Shown in pieces: positions 1 through 10,957 of a stretch of 64,000 nucleotides of DNA. Made by a program: the position numbers and the translations under genes. The notes under the pieces were generated by a model. That model was given only the letters and a program-made list of their open reading frames with translations, did not search any database and was not told the DNA's origin. Origin of the DNA: Podarcis tiliguerta. Taxonomy: Eukaryota. Each line of letters begins with the position of its first letter. Within the stretch, counting starts at the first letter, position 1. The DNA is taken from assembly GCA_965153285.1 (NCBI GenBank), contig OZ229122.1; one strand, 5' to 3'.

Positions 1-560
1 TCGCGCGGCCGGCGGCGGGATGGCGGTTGCTGCGGGGTAGCATCTCAGGCCAACTGCTGCTCTCGCCCGGCCTCGCCGCCTCCACCTCGGAGCGGGAGAG
101 GACCTCTCCCCCCCACCTCCACATGAGGGAGAGCGGAGGGGGGCACCTGGCCCCTCTCCCGCCCCACCACGCTCCTGAGGGATGAAGGCGGCCCAAGGGG
201 GCGCCGAGGGTGAGTGACGGGGGGGGGGTCAAGCTCTCTCGCTTTCCTTTGGCAAATGGTGAGGGTGAGGGTGCTCGAGTTTCGTAGGAAGACCGGGCCC
301 CTTAGACCAAGGGGGGTTGGGCGGGACGGGAGTCCGAGCGGCGGTTTGTAGATTTCGTTAAGGTTCGCCCGCCAACGCTGCCCAATCCTTTGCGGAAAAG
401 CATCGGAAGTTCTCTGGCGAAGAGGTCAGAAGGGCCTCACTGCTCCTCGTTCAAAGAGAGCTACGGGGCCTTCCATGGACGGGAGGAAAGCGCTTCCGGG
501 AAGACGTCGGACCTCATTCGTGGATTCTTCTCCGGGAGTTGTGTACAGATTGGAGTTAGG
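1..560 (+). promoter_or_regulatory. MED1: CpG island spanning MED1 5'UTR/exon 1/start of intron 1
   Basis: Very GC- and CpG-rich compared with the AT-rich introns; contains the MED1 ATG; YY1-like GATGGCGG at 19-26. The island probably continues upstream of the window. Confidence 0.85.
182..209 (+). CDS. MED1: MED1 coding exon 1 (MKAAQGGAE)
   Basis: Resembles human N-terminus MKAQGETE; in-frame TGA at 176-178 upstream; donor GTGAGT at 210; phase 1 joins exon 2. Confidence 0.9.
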
Positions 561-874
561 GAGTTTTTAAAAAGGCCCCACCCCCCTTTTTTAATTGTAG
601 CATCCAGGGGTGTCGACTCGAATAAAATTATTATTATTATAAAATATGGGGGTGAGGGTGAAACGCAATCAATCACAAGACCCAGCACATGCACGCCATT
701 TGAATGGCGGTGCCTGTGAACTTGGGGCTGGGGGTGGGCTAGGAGTCTGCTCCTATGGTAGTATCTGCAAAGCATTCAACAGTTGAATGCTTCTTCAGTG
801 GGGGCGAGAAACAAGTTTGGCTTTCTTTTCTTTATTTAAACGTGCTCGATCTCTCTCTGCCGCCTGCTGTTAAG

Positions 875-1011
875 GCGGGTGTGAGGAACCTATGGGCCTC
901 AAGATGGTGCTGTGCCCCAGATCCCATCATAACTGACCATTGGCTCTGCTGGCTAGGGCTGATGAGAGCTGGGATCAAACGACATCTGGAAGCCAGCAGA
1001 CTCCCCATCCT
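875..1011. mobile_element. Degenerate palindromic hAT-type MITE
   Basis: Same layout as better-preserved copies at 19819 and 52963 (GAACCT...AGATG...CCCATCAT...GATGAGAG...CATCTGGA...CCCCATCCTG). Confidence 0.55.
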
Positions 1012-1424
1012 GCAGGTGGAAAGGGGCTTGGTGGAACGCCCAAAATGTAGAAGCTGTTATGGAATTTACTGCTGAATCCTATACTGTGCTTACTTGGTAG
1101 TAAACCTCACTATGTTCAGTTGGCCTGACTAGTAGGCTAGTACATGTTTAGGACTGTAGCCTTTGCAGTCCTCCATCATGCAAGAGATGAGCTTTGTAGA
1201 AAGAGAAAGGTACTTTCATGGACTTTAAACCTCAGAAAGGAGCTGGATGTTTCTTTAGCATATGCTAACCACCATGTTGAGTTAAATCAAAGGTTCTTTC
1301 AGGCCTTTTGTCTGCAAGCAGTGACTAGCTAGCAGACCCAGGGATGTGTATGGAGGACATGCTAGAGGTTTTGCTTTTCAAAACACAGAGTGAAGAGTAG
1401 GTTTTTAAGGTTTCTGGTGAGGGT

Positions 1425-1618
1425 GGACCATAGCTGAGTAATAAAGCACTTGCTTTGTGTGCATAAGATCTCAGATTCAATCTCTGGTATATCCAGTTAG
1501 AAGACCATCAGCAGTGCTTTGAAAGACCTTTGTCTGACCAATAAATAACATGAGGCTTAGCTGCCCATCAGTAGACAGTAGTGGCCTAGATGGACCAATA
1601 TGCTGAGTATATGACAAT
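1425..1618 (+). mobile_element. tRNA-derived SINE, Squam3-like, degenerate
   Basis: Box A-like CATAGCTGAGTAA, box B-like GATTCAATCTC, 3' part GTAGACAGTAGTGGCCTAGATGGACCAAT. Confidence 0.65.
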
Positions 1619-2679
1619 ATAAGATGATCATCCTAAATGGAGATAGATAACTTGGTAGAAATGTTAAGGAAAGAAAAAATTGCAGTTGTGTTACTACCTA
1701 GAAATATGCTGTCTACACTTGTCACTCTGCAGCTGCCTAAGAATTTGAAACTTTTCCAGCACTGTAAATGACATACATAATACCCATAATTAAATGGAGA
1801 TGGTTTTAGAGGTGTTGATGCCTTCTGCATTTTTGCAGCTTTTCAAAAAAATAGCAACATCCAAAAAGAAATCAATTTTTTTAAAAAAATTCTAGGCTGC
1901 CTGCCAACATGCACCTCTTAGTCATTTGTGGGTTTACAGCTTTCCTGCCTTGTTACCTGGAGGTAGTTCTTACTTCACCACAGGCAGTCGGGTGAGTTGC
2001 TATTTACGGCTTTGTGTTAAAGGTTATTTAACTTTCCATTGAAAAAATGAAAGTAAATATTCTTGCTACAGCTTTCTTTACAAATCTTTTGCTCATTATG
2101 TATGATGCTGCCTAACTTGCTTTCTGAGGTTTAAAAATATTGAAGTAATTGCTCCCTTGTAAAGCCTCCTGTGCATTTCAGACGTTACAGCATTGTTAGT
2201 TTGCCAGTAGGATAGCTGAAAACAATGCCTGTTTAACCTGCCTTCTTATAAATGTCTCAGAAAGGGATGCATCACTTAAGAATCACACTTTCACAGAGAG
2301 CATTAATAGTAAATATATCAGTAGATACAAAAGAATCAACCTGAGGTCCTTTAGCTGAAAACAAAATATTAAACTTTAGGTTTTCTTTTTGTAAACCCAC
2401 TGAGCTATATTTGCCTTTAAAACAACAACATCTTGAACTCCTCCATTTGATTTTGCCATTCCATTGTTAGCATAGGATTTTAAATAAAGTTCTGAGGTTT
2501 AATAATATGAAGCAGGCCCCTTTTAGCTGTGTTCACTGTAGGATTAAGCCCTCTTACTGTGTCCTGAGCTTGATATTTTACTTATGACAGTATTGATCTC
2601 TTCTACACCCGTATGTAAGAAATATGGAGAACATAGATCAGTACCTGTCATTGGTTATCTAATGTTGACGGTACGTATT

Positions 2680-3429
2680 TGTCAGGGCTGGCTCCTGGTC
2701 CCAGCTCACAGAGGACCAACGCTGGCTGGTATTTATGTACAAAAGTCTTTATTGAAGTACAGTTTCCATTTCCCGCCGCAGCGCTCCAGCTCTACGTCTA
2801 GGCTTTAGACCGGCGAAGCTCCATCTGAGTCTCCGCCCCCTGTACACCAGTTTAAGACTCTAGCTTTACTCCACCTCTTCTTTCTCCTCTGGGTCCTGCT
2901 GCCCTCCGGTGCCCCTGTCTCCCTGGATTCTTCTGAGGCTGACGATGACCCCCCTGACTCCTCCCGCTCTCTTCGGCGGGCTTTAGGACCTGGCTCTCTT
3001 CCCGGGCTGCCAACTGTGCCTCCCTCCTGTACATTTGAACTTGGCGCGCGCGCGCGTTTAACTTTCCTGATGACCGTTTCCTCACTCCCCAACGGAGGTG
3101 TGGTCACTCCTGCCTCATGTTCTCCCGCTGGCAGCGCGCCACCTGATCCCGATGCCTGGGACTCCTCCCCCCTACTGCACTCTGGGGGGGACGTGGGCCC
3201 GGATTTCCAACTGCTACTCTCTGAGTCCCCTCTGCCCCCTTCTTCCCGAGGTGTTCCCCTGGGCACTCCCCTTGCCCTGACCATGGGGGCTCCTTTCTGT
3301 GAATTGTCCGATTCACTGGAAAGACTCAGAGACCTCGGATCGCTGTCATCGCTGACATTTCCTTCGGACTCCTCCCCTTCACTCTCCATTTCCTCCTTAT
3401 CCTGTGCCTCTGCTCCTGAACCCCTGACA
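2680..3429 (-). mobile_element. Solo LTR (Gypsy/Ty3-like), 750 bp, antisense in MED1 intron 1
   Basis: Termini TGTCAGGG...CCCTGACA (8-bp inverted), perfect 5-bp TSD GTATT (2675-2679, 3430-3434), minus-strand AATAAA at 2748-2753, CpGs retained. Confidence 0.9.
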
Positions 3430-3618
3430 GTATTGTAAAGAATTCTGGATTGCATGTACCATGGTCCCATTCTGCAAGGTACTTTAGTCTATTCATGGTT
3501 ACATAGCTCAAGTCAATGTTCTCTGGGGGTTATGCAGGGAAATTGAAGGTGAACCTGCATCTCTGGACAGAAATTCAAATATATCGTATGCTTCACTGAC
3601 TTGCAATTTCTCTTATAG

Positions 3619-3728
3619 AAACAGAGAAACTGAATAAGATGAGTTCCCTTCTAGAAAGGCTTCATGTCAAGTTTAACCCTAACAGTAGACCGTGGACAGA
3701 AACCATGAAGCTTGTCCGGCAAGTTATG
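3619..3728 (+). CDS. MED1: MED1 exon 2 (ETEKLNKMSSLLERLHVKFNPNSRPWTETMKLVRQVM)
   Basis: TAG acceptor, GTAAGG donor, translation matches MED1. Confidence 0.96.
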
Positions 3729-4445
3729 GTAAGGTTTTAGCGTATTTTAGATGGGAGTACTTGATAAAATCTCCTTGCACATTTTCATAAAACAGTGATT
3801 GTCAAGATTGTCTACTTAGAGAGGACACTGTCAACAGTAAATTGCCAAGAGATCTTTCACAGAATGTGTGCATCTTTCACAGAATCCTAGCAGTTACAGA
3901 AGATTCTGGGTTGAATTCTATGACATGCTCTCCATTCTGGTAGCGCTGTCTTTGCTGCTGTTCCATATCAATTGTGAATACTCCCTAGATGAAGGTGCCT
4001 AGCATTCCTCTGCAACTATGCACTATATGGGAAGATTGGCAGTGATGGACCACAATTGCAAAGAAACTGTCTTTGCTGATTCTTTTATCAAAAACCCAGT
4101 AACTCTTAGAACACAGAAAGTATTAGTCAAAACAATCTAGCTTTTGAATAATAATTCTTTTTATTTGCTATTATTTAGTAGAACAATTCTGAGCTGTCAT
4201 TGGTTTGAGTTGGTGTGACTCATACAATGGTCTAGCTTTATAATGCACAAGGCCATCATCTGTGGGTGGTTTTTTTTTATTTACAGCACCCATAGGAGCT
4301 GATTTTTCCAGAACAAACAAAGTGGAAGCCTTCAGGAATGCAGTTGAATTCTCCAATGTTTTAGTTATAGCTTTCTTTTCACAGTATTGCTGAATGTGCA
4401 TGAACACTTTCTCTATTTTTTTCTCTCCATCACCTTTGAACGTAG

Positions 4446-4524
4446 GAAAAGCGAGTTGTAATGAACTCTGTTGGTCACCAGAATCTTGTCAGCTGCTTAG
4501 AAACTTTGCAGAAGGCATTAAAAG
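4446..4524 (+). CDS. MED1: MED1 exon 3 (EKRVVMNSVGHQNLVSCLETLQKALK)
   Basis: TAG/GT boundaries, 79 nt, matches MED1. Confidence 0.96.
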
Positions 4525-5603
4525 GTTGGTAGATGCTTCTGAAACATAACTAAGTGTTTGTGGTTTTTTTTAAAAAAAAAGATTAGGAGGAATTGACATT
4601 AGGATAATAAAGGTGTTTATATGGTTTGTACTAGATGGGCGCAAAGAATTACTGTGATACCCTCAAGGTTCTTGGACAGCCCTTTGCATGCTTACTCAGA
4701 AGTCCTACTGTATTTAGTGGAACTTATGGCCTTGTATGTTTATAACTGCATTCTTAGGCTCTGTGTTGCTGTAATGGGTAAGCTGTATACTGGGCATGTA
4801 TAATGCTCATGTTCAATAGAGTCATTGAATCAATTATCACTGTTTGTATAGTCACATGTTATATTGCACACTCCTAACCACTTGGTGTCTGGTTAAAGAA
4901 GAAAGATTGTTTATGTTCCTGTTCAGGCCAGTTACCAAAACTTGCAGCCTGTACCATAGTAATTCTCATTTTTTTTCAATGGGAAAACTGGGTAAGCGAA
5001 AGGCTCCTGTGAGCCCGAAGTTCCAACTCAGTTGACTGTGTGTTGAATCTCTGCATAGTTCAATATCCTGGTTGTCCACCTTTTAAAACAGCCACTGCTG
5101 TGAGGTGGCAATTCTGTCACTTTCTGAAATCAAGTATAATTAATCAAGTAACTAATTAAATTAGTACAGACACAGAAGTTGTCTCTTACGTGCACATCTG
5201 AGGGCAGTTCAGGATCAAATTTTTACTCTTATTTCCACAAGTTGTGGAGTAATTGTCTACAATTGTAGGATTTCTGACCAAGAGGCAGGGTCTTGTCTTT
5301 GGGCTGCATCTTTAGAATGTGGCACAAGTTCGGTGACAAATAGAAGTGCCTTGGCTATTGCCTCTACCTCATAGTTGATAAGGGGCTGTGAAGGTGAGCT
5401 GGCTTTCTCAGGCAGTTAAAGCTCCAGCTGCCCAGCAGATGGAAAGATAAACCTCTATGTCTGCCACCCCCTTTCAGTTCAGATCAACTGTCCATTGATT
5501 TCAGTGGGTCTACTCTGAGTATGGCTTGGTTGGATATCACCTATTGGGACTTGAATAAATTTGCTTATGTACTTGGCTTTAAACAAGCTCATCTTCCTCC
5601 TAG

Positions 5604-5658
5604 TGACATCACTACCTGCCATGACAGATCGCTTAGAGTCTATTGCAAGACAAAATGG
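5604..5658 (+). CDS. MED1: MED1 exon 4 (VTSLPAMTDRLESIARQNG)
   Basis: TAG/GTGAGT, 55 nt, matches MED1. Confidence 0.96.
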
Positions 5659-5664
5659 GTGAGT

Positions 5665-5758
5665 AACTCCCATGATCCCTGACAATTAGCCAACTGGCTG
5701 GGACTGTTTGGAATTTTAGTCCAGCAATATCTAGAGGGCCATAGGTTCCCCGCCACTG
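5665..5758. mobile_element. Right half of palindromic hAT-type MITE immediately after the exon 4 donor
   Basis: AACTCCCATGATCCC...TAGTCCAGCAATATCTAGAGGGCCATAGGTTCCCC matches the family. Confidence 0.55.
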
Positions 5759-6413
5759 AGTAAGATTAATACTTTTTGTGTATCTTATGTTTAAGAGCTA
5801 ATTGAGACTACAACCAATCACATTTTTTGTATTTTTTTATTCACTGTTTATACTACACGCTTAAGAATGAAAAGCCAAAGTTTGTGTTGCAGTGAGGTCC
5901 AGCAGATCAAATGTTTGATTTAATTAGACTTAGATTTTAGTTTAGATCCATCTCTACCCTGGATGGGTGGAAAGGAATATTGCCATTTTTCGGTTTTGAA
6001 ATAATTTTTTTTAAAAAAGGAATGTTGCCAAATAGCAATCACATGGTGGTTATGTAGAAAGAGAAATGTAAGAGGTATGTACCCTACACATTGGACTATA
6101 ATCAAAATTGGTTGTTGCACTTATTTCTCATTGGAATTAAAGGGACAAGTTAATCAAGACTTACAGTACAATCCTATCTATGGCTGTTTAGAACTATTGA
6201 AGTCAGTGTGACTTACTTCCTGAAAGTGAGGTTAAGATTGCAGGTTCAGTATAAATTCAGTGCAACCAACCTGTATGCAGCCCATTATTATCAGTCTGGA
6301 GCCTCCAGGGGAGACCAGGAGAGAGGCCTCCAGCCAAACAGATTTATGTGCTATTGATTGGTATTTGATAAAGCTTTTCATGTGTGAATACCTTTTCTCT
6401 TCTTGTGTGTAAG

Positions 6414-6546
6414 TCTTGGATCTCATCTTAGTGCAAATGGCACTGAATGTTACATAACTTCAGACATGTTCTATGTGGAAGTCCATTTGGATCCTACAGG
6501 ACAGCTGTGTGATGTTAAGGTGGCCCATCATGGAGAAAACCCTGTG
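6414..6546 (+). CDS. MED1: MED1 exon 5 (LGSHLSANGTECYITSDMFYVEVHLDPTGQLCDVKVAHHGENPV)
   Basis: AAG acceptor, GTACGT donor, 133 nt, matches MED1. Confidence 0.96.
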
Positions 6547-7304
6547 GTACGTAGAGTATGAAGGTCACACCAAACTTCTGCCTTCTACTTTTTGTAGAAA
6601 CATGTTTTTACAGCCCATTCTGTTCTGAGAGCACAGGGCAGTCTACAGTATGTATCAACCCTGAGCTTAACAGCTTCCTAAAATCCAGATATCTCTACTC
6701 CTGCATTTAGTTTTACACTTCTCCAGAAGGAAAGTGATCTATTCAGCCCAATTCCCTTTAAGTCCTCTTAGCCAGTCCCTTGTAAAAAAGTCACAAGCTG
6801 CCACATTTTCACATTCTGCCTACTCTTTCAAAACCGAGGCTATCATTTCCCAGCCTTTAATAAAATGTTGGATCCCTCAGTAGTAGCGAGAGAAGTCAAA
6901 GCTCCCTTTACCCTATTACTAGTGTGGTACAAATAGCTTGCTAACCAAGTTAGTACCATTTGTAATTCTCTCCCCCTCCCCAAACTTATTTTTTGTTCTT
7001 TTCGGAGCAGCGTAAGGATTTGAGATCATTTTTTAACTTTATCGTCTCATCCTTCAAAATGCTTGCAGTCATTTCTAATCATCCTTACTTATCACCCAGT
7101 GTTTGAAACACTGGACATCTCTGACCTGCCTTCTGCATTGTCCAAATATCCTGTAGGACTGTTTAGGAAAGTTTTAAGGGTTTTGTACTCATTTGAAGCT
7201 GACATTCCCTATAGTCATGTACAATTTAAGCCAGCACCATTGTGCTGAATAACTGCAACAGTTTCAATTGAAGTTGTGGCACATATTTTTATTTTCCCTT
7301 CTAG

Positions 7305-7333
7305 AGTTGCCCAGAGCTGGTGCAGCATCTAAG
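7305..7333 (+). CDS. MED1: MED1 exon 6, 29-nt micro-exon (SCPELVQHLR)
   Basis: Polypyrimidine tract + TAG, GTGAGT donor, matches SCPELVQQLR. Confidence 0.95.
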
Positions 7334-9259
7334 GTGAGTACTAAGTCTCTTTCATTACTGGCTACATACCTTCTCCATGTGCAGTTCTGTTGTATGGCTA
7401 CAACCATTCCTCCATTTCCTATAATGTCTCTTGTACAATTTATAAACAGCATTCTGGATTTATTGTGGCTTACTCATCCACCATATTGGCTATTTTAGAA
7501 CATAGAGTACAGATCTTTTCTCAACCATAGTGCTTTTCAGGAATTGTGTAGGGTGAGGTGAAGATTTTGGAATGAACAAGAATTGAAGAATTGGGTGGGG
7601 CAGCAGTGTTGCTTAGATTTGACAGCAAACAGTGGGTGCATATGAACTGAGGATATTCATCCAGTTTTCAGTTTCTGGCCCTTTTGAAAAGCAGCATAAA
7701 TAGCTCATATCAGAGACCATGAAACAGAATGTTTATTTACTTGCTTAAAAAAAAAGTCCAATATCCAGACAATATGGAATTTTTAGGGTCACCATAATCA
7801 GGTTTCTTTTCAGTTCTCTTTTTCCTGTTATAAAGCACCACCCTGCCAAAACGAGCCTTTTAAGCATGCAGTTTTCCTTAGGATGTAGTGTGTTGCTCCT
7901 GCCTTTGGTGGCTAATTAGCTATGACTTGAGCCTTGTACAGCTGACCCAAATCTCTCTCACAACATGTGAAGAGTATGTTGACACTGGTGCAACATAGAC
8001 CCAATATATATTCTGTATTCACTGAGCTGGTTCAAACAACACCAAGTCAGGTTTGGTGTTATATGAATGGGCCTTATGATAAGGCCCTCCATCCTCCCCG
8101 TGGGCTCTCCATTTCTTTGAGTTACTTCTTCCCTAATACAAACCACAGTTTGCTGTTACCACCAAATTGTCAAATAGTTGCTTGTCTTGGCCTCCAAACT
8201 GAATTGTAAAACAGCTTCAAGCTCATGTTTGAAAGGTCCCTGTTTATCCATGAAGGTCTTTGAAATGCATTGGATAAGTCACTGTAACTTGCACATTTGG
8301 GGTTTTTAAAAACATAGATTTCAGCAGAAGGTTTTTACTTCCTCTTTGGAATTATATGAAGACTGTTCTCATCCACTGCAGAGAGGCCAACTCCTTTGCT
8401 CCTAAGTAAGAAGGCAGGGTTGAGTCTTTAATAAGAAATTAGGAGTGGTGTCACTCTGTACGTAGGGATCACCAACATTTTTCAGCCAGTGAGCACATTT
8501 GGAATTTTAAGAAAGCCCTGTGAATGTTAGTTATAAAATGGCTACCGAAGGGGCATAGTGTAGCACAAAATGGTTGCTGGGTGCGTGTCTAGGAGAGGCC
8601 AAGCCAGTGCAAATAGGAACGGAGGGGGAAGAGCAAATAGTCTCTCATGCATTGTGACTTTTTGAAGCGGTATTTTCTGAGACCTTTGGCAGATGCCATA
8701 GATACTGGCAGGCACATTGACATCATCAGGCACTGCATTGGTGAACTTGTCATATTTCTCTTCTATCAGGAGAATAGGGTTGTTGGCAACCACCTAGGCC
8801 TTACAATAATTTGTTTTGTTCTAAAGATTTCTCTTAGAAATTCTCCTTCAGAATACTGGTTTCAGGGCTATGAGAGTCACATAGGGAAAAAGTCCTCTCA
8901 GAGAGTTTTGAGAAGGCCCAGGAGGACAAGTAGCCAGCAAAAGAGCGCTGAAGCCTACAGAGGGCACAGCACCATAGGCAAGCAGCTTGGGCCATAACAT
9001 TTCAAAGTAAGGATACTGAAATCGAAGCTTCAGTACTTGCAACCCTCCAGTATGGGGGGGTGGCTATCTATTTTTCCTATGAAGTGTATTGTGCATCTTG
9101 GAATTTTATGGAGGAGTGCTGTAGTAGCATGTGCTTTTGGAGCTAAAATGTTGAAATGGACTCCTTTCACCGTCTCTCTTAGGTGCATCTAACTGTAAAT
9201 ATCTCTGGCATGTATGATTCCTCCAGATTCTCTAAAATTGATATGTTTTTCTTTCCCAG

Positions 9260-9331
9260 AGAGAGAAATTTTGAAGAATTTTCTAAGCACCTGAAGGGTC
9301 TTGTCAATCTGTATAAACTGCCTGGTGACAA
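9260..9331 (+). CDS. MED1: MED1 exon 7 (ERNFEEFSKHLKGLVNLYKLPGDN)
   Basis: CAG/GTAAGC, 72 nt. Confidence 0.96.
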
Positions 9332-9712
9332 GTAAGCATTCCACTAGTCATAATTTCTGTGATGTGGCAACACTTCAGTCACATATTTGTTAGAGCATTG
9401 CATATAGTGGTTGAAACCCTGCCCAATTGTATGTCTACCTGCCCCTTTTCTCCTTACTTTATGTGCCACCCCCTTCCCTTTCCTACATTACCGCTCTTGA
9501 TTATCTCTCCCAACTTCAAGGAAGCCAGTGTAGAACTGCAGTATTACTGACGCTAGAAAGAACACAAAAGGGGCTAAAATCTGCATCTTTTTTAAAAGAG
9601 GAGTTGTTCAGCCAAGGTTGGATCCTTTGTGTGCATTGGAAATTTTAGAAGTATGGCCAGTCTTAGAATATAGTCTTCATTTTGTCAAAAAGGGATTTTT
9701 TAATAGGAAAGC

Positions 9713-9855
9713 TAAGAATGTAAGAACCTCATGGCCCGTCTAGTTCAGCATATTGTTCTCACAGTGGCCAACCGGATGCCTTTGGGAAGCCCACAAGCAG
9801 GACCAGAGTGCGAGAGCAGTCTCCCTTCCTGTCGTTTCCAGATTCTGGTGTTCAG
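9713..9855 (-). mobile_element. CR1 LINE 3' end fragment
   Basis: TAAGAATGTAAGAA tail and GGCCCGTCTAGTTCAGCATATTGTTCTCACAG, similar to copy at 47873. Confidence 0.7.
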
Positions 9856-10145
9856 CTAAATAACTACCTAAGCTATAAAAAGTCTGAAGCTTAAGTCCTT
9901 GGCATGTCTGTGATCTTGTATGATAACAGTTGAGAGACCTTCCGTGGAAGGCTGCTACTTGTCGGACAGTGCTCCGGTTGGCTCACAGTGCAATTCTATA
10001 CATGTACCGTATACTGGAAGGGAGTCCCAATGAGTTCAAAAAGACCTACTTCCAGGTTAATGTGTATAGGGTTGCCACGTCAAAGCATCTTTTTGTCTTT
10101 TTTTCTGTACCAATTTTAAAATAATATTTTATTTTTTCTCCTTAG

Positions 10146-10220
10146 CAAACTGAAAACTAAAATGTACTTGGCTCTTCAGTCCTTGGAGCTTGATCTTTCA
10201 AAGATGGCAGGGATGTACTG
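10146..10220 (+). CDS. MED1: MED1 exon 8 (KLKTKMYLALQSLELDLSKMAGMYW)
   Basis: TAG/GTAAGA, 75 nt. Confidence 0.96.
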
Positions 10221-10883
10221 GTAAGAGAAGTTTGCCTTACTGAATGAACCCAGCATTTACTTGTTGATGTCCTAAGCAGCAATACTGTTCAGGAAGTAGA
10301 ACATTGAACTTGGAAGGAACTGAGTTCAAATCTTACTTGAATTACAGATCCACTAGCTATTCCCCGGATAAGCCACAACATCTTAGCCTCAGTTCCATCC
10401 TCTGTAAATATGGCAGATGATGATCAAGTTTAAAGGGCTCACATGAAGATGAATGCAACAAACACAGCCAAACTCACTGTACCCTAAAGCAGTCTATAGA
10501 AATAGGTGCTTATTAATAAAGAAGCTTGCATATTACATTTCTTTCATTTGAATTGCTATTTAAGTTTCCAAAGGTAGCATTATGGAATCCAGAGTCTTAA
10601 AACTGAAAGATAAACAAACAAACAAACCCTACAACTACCTTTGGTCTTTGAGGAACTGGGGTTGAAAGATTGACTGCTAAATCCAATGAGGAGGTGGTAC
10701 TGGATTTCCAGGCTCCCGTATCCAAGACCTCTTTTTAATCTTAGTGCTGCAAACCTAAAATTTCAGTTTGGGCATGTTACAAATTCAGTCTAAGATAATA
10801 ATCCAAAAGATTTATACTGTGGCAGTCTTGGGTCTTAATTCTGCACCAGCTTATCATATGTCTTTGATTCTGTCCGCTTGTAG

Positions 10884-10957
10884 GCAAGCCACCAATGCAA
10901 GCCCTTTGGACAAGATTCTGCATGGCAGTGTTGGCTATCTCACCCCAAGGAGTGGAG
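10884..10957 (+). CDS. MED1: MED1 exon 9 (QATNASPLDKILHGSVGYLTPRSG)
   Basis: TAG/GTAGGC, 74 nt; within ORF 10768..10971. Confidence 0.96.

Noticed and set aside
3016-3438. 140-aa plus-strand ORF in the LTR
   Set aside because: Antisense shadow of the purine-rich LTR strand, GTG start, low complexity
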